A stretch of 63,565 nt of DNA, filler included, from Octopus bimaculoides (Eukaryota): NCBI RefSeq assembly GCF_001194135.2. It is 7 parts of 6 records of this genome, joined end to end, with 100 filler letters (N's around TTAATTAATTAA, not from the genome) between each part and the next. Parts side by side here need not be neighbours in the genome. Positions count along the whole stretch, not along the records: positions 8,811 to 34,415 come from NC_069005.1; positions 34,516 to 46,325 come from NC_068984.1; 5 more parts are not named here. The stretch is one strand, 5' to 3'. The position numbers and the translations under genes are program-made. Below are positions 27,172-36,399 of this stretch, in pieces; position 1 is the stretch's first letter, and each line of letters opens with the position of its first letter. Below the pieces are notes generated by a model. The model made no database searches and was not told the origin of the DNA. It saw only the letters and a list, made by a program, of their open reading frames with translations.

Positions 27172-28346
27172 TATGATGTATATTCCAGAAGTTTTGAGAC
27201 TTTTTTTCAGGAGAGGCAATTATAACTACCTGAGATGATTGTCATTTTTAATTTTAATATATAATTACTATACATCTAATAAGTGGATGCGCGTGGCTTA
27301 GTGGTCAGGGTGTCAGCATCATGATCACAAGATTGTGGTTTCGATTCCTGGACTGGGTGACGTGTTGTGTTCTTGAGCAAAACACTTCATTTCACGTTAC
27401 TCCAGTCCACTCAGCTGGCAAAAATGAGTAACGCTGCGATGGACTGGCATCCCATCCAGTTGGGGAATACATATGCCATTGAAACCGGGAAACCGGGCCC
27501 ATGAGCCTGGCTAGGCTTTAAAAGGGTGCATTTATTTTATTTTATTACTATACATCTAATAAGCTGATCTGCCAACCTTTTTTATTTATTCTAGATTGAA
27601 GGAAATGATTGTAACAGCACTTTGAACTAGTTTGCAGAATGCAGTCAGGACATGGAGACAATCTGGAAGCAGACTGTGCAATAAAGTTTTACATTAAACT
27701 GGACAAAAATGCTACAGAAACTTATGAAATGCTCCAGACTGGTCATGGATTAACTTTTTCACTGGCACAAGCGGTTCAAGGATGGTAGAGAGGAGATGAT
27801 GAGAGGTGTGGGAGGATGAAGGATGTCAGAACATAGGAGGGTGGTTGAGAAAATTCACAATTTTCTGGTTGAAGACTGTCATGTGCCTATAAAGACAATA
27901 AGCATACAGTTTGGGGTTGGTGTGACACCTGTACACAGAATTGTTCATCAAGATTTGAACATGTGCAAAATTTGTGCCGAGTTTGTTCCCAGGGTGCTCA
28001 GTGATGGGCATCCTGCTAACCAACTACTTCACAGAGATGGGCATCAAAACTGGCTCTTATCCTTCTTACAGTCCAAACCTTGCTCCCTGTGACTTTTGGT
28101 TGTTCCTTAAGCTGAAGGAGAAGCTCAGGGGCAGTTGTTTTGAAAATGAAAGAGGCTGTGAGAATGGTCCTAGACATATTCACTTTGAAGGTCTTCCCTG
28201 GGGCTTTTATGAAGTAGCTGAAGCACTACTGCAAGTTTATTGAAGTCAGAAGATTCTACTCTGAGGAATTTTAGAGTTTTGTATTTCTTTGAAATTAATA
28301 AATGTCTGTCCTGAAAAGTCTCAAAACTCCTGGAATGCACCTTGTA
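27172..28346 (+). mobile_element. Decayed mariner (Tc1/mariner) transposon with TIRs
   Basis: Left end ta-tgatgtatattccagaagttttgagacttttt pairs with right end aaaagtctcaaaactcctggaatgcaccttg-ta. Transposase remnants IKFYIKLDKNATETYEMLQT and YSPNLAPCDFWLFLKLKEKLRG match the mariner YSPDLAPxD motif. Multiple frameshifts. Confidence 0.85.
27284..27543 (+). mobile_element. SINE family B inserted in the mariner, with a 20-bp TSD
   Basis: Flanked by the exact direct repeat attactatacatctaataag at 27264-27283 and 27544-27563. tRNA-like head and (TTTAT)n tail. Confidence 0.88.
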
Positions 28347-28758
28347 CATATAAGCAGATATATATATCTATCTATACAAAAACCAGTCCATCTATATATC
28401 AACCAATCCATCTGTGTGTATCTACCTGTTAATTCACCAACCAGCTCAACTAACATCACCAAAAAACCAGGTGATGGTGTTAAACAAGACGGTGAGTTAG
28501 TTCTACCACTAAAAGTAATGATACCCAAGGACTAGGTTATTATCTTAAATTGGGTGGAGTGGTAGAAATTATCACCCAAAGGAAAGAGTATGGCCTGCAT
28601 GTGGAGGTCACAATAAAGTGACCTTTACAAAAAAAATCTGAGAATCAGGGAGCAGTGGTGTTAGTGTTAAACCTATCACTCAAAGAAGGGAACCAGTCAA
28701 TCAAATCATTAGTCTCCTACTCACTTCAGACTACAGAATATAGCTTAGTACTTAGTTC

Positions 28759-29093
28759 TTAACCCTTTAGCGTTCAGATTTCTTTGTCATGTGTAATGCT
28801 TATTTATTCACATTGTTTTGAATTAATCAGGTATTATCATGTCTTATCTCATAGCTTTGAGATTTCAATAGTGCTTATTTTATTCTTTTATTTGTTTCAG
28901 TCTTTTGACTGCAGCCATGCTGGAGCACCGTCTTTAGTTGAACAAATCGACCCCAAGACTTATTCTTCGTAATCCTAGTACTTATTCTATCGGTCTCTCT
29001 TGCCGAACCACTAAGTTATGGGGATGTAAACACACCAACATCGGTTGTCAAGTGATAGGGAGGGGGATCAGTACAGACACACAAACATATACA

Positions 29094-29142
<49 letters not shown>

Positions 29143-29398
29143 GATGGGCTTCTTTCAGTTTCCATCTACCAAACCCACTCACAAGGCTTTGGTCGGCCCA
29201 AGGCTAATAGTAGAAGACACTTGCCCAAGGTGCCATGCAGTGTGACTGAACCCAGAACCATGTGGTTGGTAAGCAAGCCACTCTTGTGTTTGTATATTTT
29301 TAGAATGACATTGCAGGGTAGGTGAGAGCAGTTGGATCTAGTCAGTTTTAACATAAAACAGGTAGAATATTTGGCTGGATTAAATGCTAAAAGGTTAA
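28759..29398 (+). mobile_element. piggyBac-type MITE containing a nested SINE A (28885-29282, minus strand)
   Basis: TTAA-CCCTTTAGC ... GCTAAAAGG-TTAA termini (one mismatch). The body matches 23480-23670 once the SINE is removed. Confidence 0.75.
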
Positions 29399-29512
29399 AA
29401 GGCCCTATGAGGTTTCTGAGATGTAGTCTAGCCACATATCATAACAGAAAAGGCCAGGGATTGGACTCAGATTGCTAGTAGAGTGAGTAGAATAAGAAAA
29501 GAAGTCACTTAC

Positions 29513-29591
29513 TTGGTATCATAGTTTTATAGCGATTTTTGGTTCCTGACCCTGCTACATAGACTTTTTCAGGGTGGTTGGTAGGGATATC
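29513..29591 (-). CDS. PTPRR-like: Internal exon B of the PTP gene (KNRY motif)
   Basis: 79-nt exon, ctgctttctttcag acceptor, GTAAGT donor. Encodes DIPTNHPEKVYVAGSGTKNRYKTMIP plus 1 nt, including the classical PTP phosphotyrosine-recognition motif KNRY. Phase 0 to phase 1. Confidence 0.93.
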
Positions 29592-29911
29592 CTGAAAGAA
29601 AGCAGAGAGATGAGGTAGTTGCACAAGAAAATATACAAACACACACATACCATTAGAAACAAGAAGAATGGAGTGAACAACAATGGTAATAGCTCTCTGA
29701 ACTTTGCTGAGTTGGCTCTTGTTCTAGAAACTACAATCTCAAAGCAATTCCTCCATTGCTAATTTGGTCATCGAGGAACAGCAACTATCTACAACTTCTA
29801 TGATGATTTTCTAATCTATTTTGTTTTCTATATAAATACACACTTTAAGCCTAATTCTGTTTATTTGCTTTCCCTCTGTATGTATGCATGCTATATATAT
29901 ATATATATATC

Positions 29912-30325
29912 ATCATCATCATCGTCATCGTCATCGTTTAACATCTGCTTTCCATGATAGCATGGGTTGGACGATTTGACTGAGGACTGGTGAACCAGAT
30001 GGCTGCACCAGGCTCCAATCTGATCTGGCAGAGTTTCTACAGATGGATGCCCTTCCTAACGCCAACAACTCCAAGAGTGTAGTGGGTGCTTTTACGTGCC
30101 ACCGGCACGAAGGCCAGTCAGGTGGTACTGACATGACCATGCTCAAAATGGTGTATTTTACGTGCCACCTGCACAGGAGCCAGTCCAGCGGCACTGGCAA
30201 CGACCTCGCTCGAATGTCTTTTCACGTGGCACCGGCATAAATGCCAGGAAGGCGACGCTGGTAACGATCACACTCAAATGGTGCTATTTACGTGCCACCG
30301 GCACGGAAGACAGACAGCTGCTCTG
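29912..30325 (-). mobile_element. Family D (RTE 3' end) copy with four internal tandem modules
   Basis: (cat)n tail; the ttt(t/c)acgtg(c/g)cacc(g/t)gca module recurs four times at roughly 60-75 bp spacing. Confidence 0.75.
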
Positions 30326-30384
30326 GCAAACATACATATATATATATGTATATATATATATGTGTGTATGTATATATATATATA

Positions 30385-30910
30385 GATAGTTCAAATTTAT
30401 AGAAAACAAAAGATGAAGGCAGGTGAGGGAACAACAAGCAGGTGTATTAGTTTAACGCTCTGGAAGAATGGAAAAGTATTTGATGTTTTGAGCCTACACT
30501 CATCACCAGAAAGGATTGAGAGGAAAACAATTGGAAAGAAACAAAAATGTGTAGGGATTAATAGTTCAAGATGGTGAAAGGCCGGAAATGTGTGTGTGTG
30601 TGTGTGCGTATTATACATACACACAAGCATATGCACACTTTATTTGTAGGTCAACAAGACTACAAACGGTTTCATATGAAAAGATCTACACATTTGTTCA
30701 AGCATGGCACATGGAAATGTTGGTACTCGTCTCCATTTAGTGTATGTATGTATGTATTTTTTTTACTCTCTCTCTCTCCATTCTTTTTCCTCTCATCCCT
30801 TTCTGTCAAAGAGCATAGGCTCGAAATGTCAAAGACATTTCCATTCTTCCTGAGCATCATACTAATACACCTGCTTGTTATTCCATCACCTGTCTTTGTC
30901 TTCTGTACAT
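30385..30910. mobile_element. Inverted pair of PLE-type terminal repeats carrying hammerhead-like cores
   Basis: 30385-30525 (minus) and 30790-30910 (plus) belong to the same family as 22570-22745. Confidence 0.65.
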
Positions 30911-30914
30911 ATAT

Positions 30915-31088
30915 AAAGGAGACCACTAGGTGGACTGTTAATGTGCTAGAAGAAGATCACATGTAATGTGTCTACTAAGACCGAAATGTTCTCAAAAGAA
31001 ATTTAGCGTGAGAACAATTCGGTCTTAGTAGACACATTACATGTGATCTTCTTCTAGCACATTAACAGTCCACCTAGTGGTCTCCTTT
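30915..31088. repeat. Near-perfect 174-bp palindrome
   Basis: aaaggagacc...actaagaccgaa (about 71 bp) is the exact reverse complement of ttcggtcttagt...ggtctccttt. A further ~9 bp of pairing (tgttctca/tgagaaca) closes a 14-nt loop. Confidence 0.95.
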
Positions 31089-31228
31089 TTATATATACAT
31101 ATACAATAATCCTTTGAGATCTCAGATATTTTTTCTGAATCTCCTTGATTCTTTTAATGTGCTTGTTCCCTGGTATTAAATTGATATTAATTAATATCCA
31201 ATTTTTTACCCTACTGTTTTAATTTATT

Positions 31229-31261
<33 letters not shown>

Positions 31262-32175
31262 GTGAGTAAATATAAATACAAAAAAAGGGTTTTGTATGAT
31301 CGTGTATAGAGGAATATATTATTTTATTTAAAAGAGTTCCAACTCTGTTTTTTATGTTTTATTTATATTCTTGTAAAATTAATGTGGGATATAGAATATG
31401 GAATATATAATATATAATATAAAAAAAGATGGATGGTACAATGAAATGAAGTATTGAATGTCTTATTGAATATATGGAATATGTCTTATTGAATATATGA
31501 AATATTGAGTGTTCAATATAAAGGATTAAATATATAAAGGCGAATACGTATTTTCTATACCTTGTAGTATTTCATCATGGCCGGTATGACAGATACATTG
31601 GCCTTGCCTGCATCTCTGTCTATCAATTTCACTCACAACGTATTGATCAGTCTGAGACAATAAGTGCTGTGCAGTGGGACTGAACCTAAGACCATGTCAT
31701 TACAAACTGAGCTTCTTTACTACACAACTATGCCACCTCCTAGCACACCAGGAAACATCTATTTATTGGAAGTTGAAAAGTTCACAGACCATTGCTCCGA
31801 GTTTTCCCTTTTCTGATCTCTGGATGATCAAATGTCTGAAGACTGGTAACTTAAATGGTTAGTGATTTTTTTTGTTTTTGCTTCCAATAAATATAATAAA
31901 TCTCTGTATACTATACTAACTACTCTCTTTTCTCCCTGCTTGTGCAATTTTTTGGTGCTGAAACACACACATGCACACACACACACATAGAGGCAAACAC
32001 ATATATGTACGTATAGTTAAAAATAGACATAACTGTTCAATAAGTATTATAGCTAAGTGTTATTGTTCTCTCAAAAACAGTTTTTGGTATTGGACACAGA
32101 TACATGAAACAACTTGTCAGAGAGTGAAAAATAATCAATACCTAAAATGCACATAAAATGGCCCAAAATAAATAA

Positions 32176-32230
<55 letters not shown>

Positions 32231-32485
32231 CACACACATATATATGTATATATACATTCACACACACACACATATACACAGACATGCATATATATTTAGA
32301 GATAGACAGACAGACAGATAGAAAAAAACAAATTTGCAAAGTATTCAATAGTAATTAACTATATTTTAGAATTCTGGTGAGTTCTACATAAAATCTCTAA
32401 AGTAAGGCAGTGAAAAGGTACGAAGACTTTTTTTTGTTTTCACCTTTCAAAGAATTTTTATAATGATGTGAGGATGTGAACTTAC

Positions 32486-32585
32486 CCAAAATTCTTCATA
32501 CACACTTGCAACATTCTTGACTGCATTACGAAGATCTTTGCGACTCAGCCGGTTACCAGCAGACATCAGAAACTCAAGACCAGAG
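32486..32585 (-). CDS. PTPRR-like: Internal exon A of a KIM-family protein tyrosine phosphatase (PTPRR/PTPN5/PTPN7-like)
   Basis: 100-nt exon with a strong pyrimidine-rich acceptor (...ttctcaattgttacag) and a GTAAGT donor. Only one frame is open: (x)SGLEFLMSAGNRLSRKDLRNAVKNVASVYEEFW. From memory this resembles the EYLxSASRxL...L.xEF segment just before the catalytic domain of PTPRR/PTPN5. It ends in phase 0, matching exon B. Confidence 0.88.
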
Positions 32586-32914
32586 CTGTAACAATTGAGA
32601 AAAATGGAGAAAAAAATGAAGAAAAGTTAGAAAATAGTCTTTTTCTGTCTTCTAGTTTCTTCAACACACACTCAGGAACCTTTAAATTGAGAACTATTTA
32701 TTGCCATTGTTTTAGCCTCGAGTTAGCTCTGACTGAGCAGATCTAGGTTTAAAACTATTTCAGCAATGATCATACTACATCCATCTCTAGAATATTGAAT
32801 ATTCCAGGATAACATTATCCAATGTAACATTCCCTTTCCAATTTGAGAGATTTGGCTGCTGTTTCCAGCAGGTTGTATGATGATATAATAACTCCCTCAT
32901 TGGCTTGCTATTAA

Positions 32915-33430
32915 GAAGATATTAGTGTTTGATGGAGAGTTACAAAGAAGGTATTAGGGTTTTTTATAGAGTTACTTAAAGGTTATTAGTGCTTGATATA
33001 GAGTTATTGAAAAGATATTAGTGTTTAATGTAGAAGATGGCATTCAATGTAGAGTAGCACAGATGGTATTAATGTTTGATGTAGAGCTAAAAAGAAAGTA
33101 CTAATGTTTGATATACACCAACATAGAAGCTATTAATGTTTGATGTAGAGCTGTGGTACTCAACCATTTTTTGCTTATAGATCCCCTTGATTCCATGGGT
33201 GAACCCTTAGAGCTATTAAATGTTTAAAAAAATCCTATTATTGAATTTTTATAGTTAAACATTATTAGGAATTATATTAAAAAATGTTTATATTATTTCA
33301 TGTATTGTAGAAATATAACCAGTTTATTGCACATAAATTTTAACAATGAAATCTCATATGGAACCCCAGGGATCAAATGGACCCTGGTTGAGAATCACCG
33401 ATGTAGAGCTACATAGAAGCTATTGATGGT
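32915..33430. repeat. Degenerate 32-bp minisatellite interrupted by a hAT-type MITE
   Basis: Anchor tatt at 32920, 32952, 32984, 33016 and at 33067, 33099, 33131. Confidence 0.75.
33151..33400 (+). mobile_element. hAT-type MITE with an 8-bp TSD
   Basis: Termini ctgtggtactcaacc ... ggttgagaatcaccg (hAT-like cagtggttctcaacc TIR), flanked by ATGTAGAG at 33143-33150 and 33401-33408. Confidence 0.8.
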
Positions 33431-33664
33431 CAACATTATTGTATCATCTGACATCACAAAGATATTCTCATATCAAAGAGTAATTATGGCTGCACTACCT
33501 TTCATCATAAGCAGGTAGAATCAGGGTTGACATGGGGCTAACCAACACCAAATCTAAATGTAATGGAAGTTGTAAGCCATTTTAAATATGATTATTGATG
33601 TTGCTGAACCTGAACTCAACCCTGGTCAAGCAGTAATAACTAGCACTCGATTAGTAATGATGAG

Positions 33665-33915
33665 AAGGGTTCCAGTTGACCTGATCAATAGAACAGCCTG
33701 CTTGTGAAATTCACATGCAAGTGGCTGAGCACTCCACAGACACACATACCCTTAACATATATCCTCAGAGAGATTCAGCATGACACAGAATGTGACAAGG
33801 CTGGCCCTTTGAATTACTGGTACAACTCATTTTTGCCAGCTGAGTAGACTGGAGCAATGTGAAATAAAGTGTCTTGCTCAAGGAGAGACAATGCACAGCT
33901 GGGGATTGAACTCAT
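33665..33915 (-). mobile_element. SINE family B copy
   Basis: Reverse complement of the 18960-19235 element. Confidence 0.7.
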
Positions 33916-34358
33916 GACCTTACATGACCGAACGTTGAATGATAATGATGATGATTGTGAATGAATAAGGATTACATTTGACAGAGTAATCTGAATGCTA
34001 AAGGGTTAAAGCTAAATGTCCTTCCTGATACTAAACCTTGCCTGTTTTTCAAGTAAGACATTTTTCTTTCCAATCATCTTCAAAAGTACAGAGCTAAGAG
34101 ATTATTTATTGACACAGAATGCCAGAGATATCACCATTTGTAGCTCAACACTTTTCCATGAAAAATATAAACTTTTATACAGATTCTTATGCACACACAC
34201 TTTTCGAATAGGAACACTTTTTGAATTGGGTCCATTAATTTCACACTGAAAATCACACAATTGGAAACATTTCTTTGAATCATAATCCATTTCATTGTAC
34301 ATGTAAAAAAAAAAAAATGAAGGACAACTTCTCACTGCATTTCACAGCTATCTGTCTG

Positions 34359-34415
<57 letters not shown>

Positions 34416-34515
34416 NNNNNNNNNNNNNNNNNNNNNNNNNNNNNNNNNNNNNNNNNNNNTTAATTAATTAANNNNNNNNNNNNNNNNNNNNNNNNNNNNN
34501 NNNNNNNNNNNNNNN
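34416..34515. other. Assembly join linker
   Basis: 44N-TTAATTAATTAA-44N. Confidence 0.95.
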
Positions 34516-34723
34516 TATATATATATATATATATATATACATGCATATGTATATATATACATGCATATGTATATATATATATATATATACATGCATATGT
34601 ATATATATACATGCATATGTATATATATTATATATGCATGTATATATATATATATGTGTATATACATATATATAGATATCTGTATGTGTATGTATGTATA
34701 TATACATGCATGTATCTGTCTCA

Positions 34724-35610
34724 TTCCAGGGAGAAAAACTAGAGGTAGTTGATAGCTTTCGCTATCTGGGTGACCAAGTTAGTAGTGGGGTGGGTGCTCT
34801 GAAAGTGTAGCTGCTAGAATAAGAATAGCCTGGGCAAAGTTCAGAGAGCTCTTACCTCTGCTGGCGACAAGAGTAAAAGGCAGATTGTATGACGCATGTG
34901 TACGAACAGCTATGCTACATGGCAGTGAAACATGGGCTGTGACTGCTGAGGACATGCGTAAGCTCGCAAGGAATGAAGCCAGTATGCTCCGCTGGATGTG
35001 TAATGTCAGTGTGCATACCCGACAGAGTGTAAGTATCTTGAGAGAAAAGCTGAACATAAGAAGCATCAGTTGTGGTGTGCAAGAGAGGCGATTGCGCTGG
35101 TATGGACATGTGGTGAGAATGGATGAGGATAGCTGCGTGGCACGCAAAGAAAAAACAATCAACCTTTGAACGTTGGATCTGACAGAGGCAAAGNNNNNNN
35201 NNNNNNNNNNNNNNNNNNNNNNNNNNNNNNNNNNNNNNNNNNNNNNNNNNNNNNNNNNNNNNNNNNNNNNNNNNNNNNNNNNNNNNNNNNNNNNNGCCGA
35301 GTTCCTTTCGAGCATTGGGCCTCATGGAAGCAAAGTAGCTGTGCTCCATTCAAGTGTTGGTCCCCACGGAGGCAATGACCAAGACCTTTGGCATTATGTT
35401 GTGCTTGAGAAGAAAAAAATCAGTTATGGAAGATACCGGTGTCATGTAAAAGCACCCATTACACTCTCGGAGTGGTTGGCGTTAGGAAGGGCATCCAACT
35501 GTAGAAAATTATGCCAAATCAGACTGGATTCTGGTGCAGCCTTCCAAGCATGCCAGCCCAGTCAAACCATCCAACCCATGCCAGCATGGACAATGGATAT
35601 TAAATGATGA
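34724..35610 (+). mobile_element. 5'-truncated RTE-clade LINE: ORF2 C-terminus plus 3' UTR
   Basis: [13 protein letters not shown]...LYDACVRTAMLHGSETWAV...MLRWMC...RRLRWYGHVVRM carries the RTE-typical YLG, GSETW and LRWYGHV motifs. The sequence continues across a gap into the family D 3' end. Confidence 0.9.
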
Positions 35611-36399
35611 ATATATTAAGAATGGACAAAAATATAATCCTCCTTACTCATTGAAAACAATATTAAAATATATAAAATATTGTAAATACTTAAGACTTAT
35701 AATTCGCTTAATATCTGAGCGTAGAAAATACAGTAAATCCATATTGAAGTTTAAAATCCAGAAGTTGATATCTGACGGCCTTTTCTGAGGACATAGTGGT
35801 GCAAGTATGAATTTAGATTTTATTCAATAACACTGCCTCCTTCATCAAGGAAGATTCAACCGATAAGATTACATTTGTTATGAGCTATGGTGGAATCCTT
35901 TGCTGACAACCTTTCTAAAGAGTTACATTTATTATTCTGGCGGATGTTTTCGTTTTATATCAAACTACTATTGAGAAGAAGCTGTTAATAATACTAGAGG
36001 TGGTCAGTTGAAGAAGGACTAAACTGAATTTCATATTTCAGATGTACTGGAATTATGGTTTCACTGTGTAGTTTATGTAGAGTTAACTAAATGCTTAAGG
36101 GTCGAATAATACCTGTGTCTACAAGAGAAGATGACATCCAAAAACTTATTTAACATTGAGTAGTTTATGCAGAATAGTTAAGGATTCCCAAATACAAAGA
36201 ATACATTTACACGTGTGTGAATTATAAGTTGGGTGGGGAGTGCTTCTATTGGCCAAGATAATTTATACTGTACATTTTGTACTTTATGGTTGTGGATAGT
36301 TAAAGATGTAGATAATATTAATAAAAGAATTCATATGTGCATGATATCTACGGTTAAAATCTACAGTACTCCCTGCATATATCATTACATTTTATACAT

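Noticed and set aside
27640-28260. Functional or domesticated mariner transposase
   Set aside because: Multiple frameshifts, stops and a large internal deletion removing much of the catalytic region.
31560-31650. Open minus-strand frame TDQYVVSEIDRQRCRQGQCICHTGHDEILQ with AG/GT ends, phase-compatible after exon A
   Set aside because: The sequence is a decayed SINE A fragment, it ends in phase 1 whereas exon B needs phase 0, and exon A already joins exon B with PTP homology.
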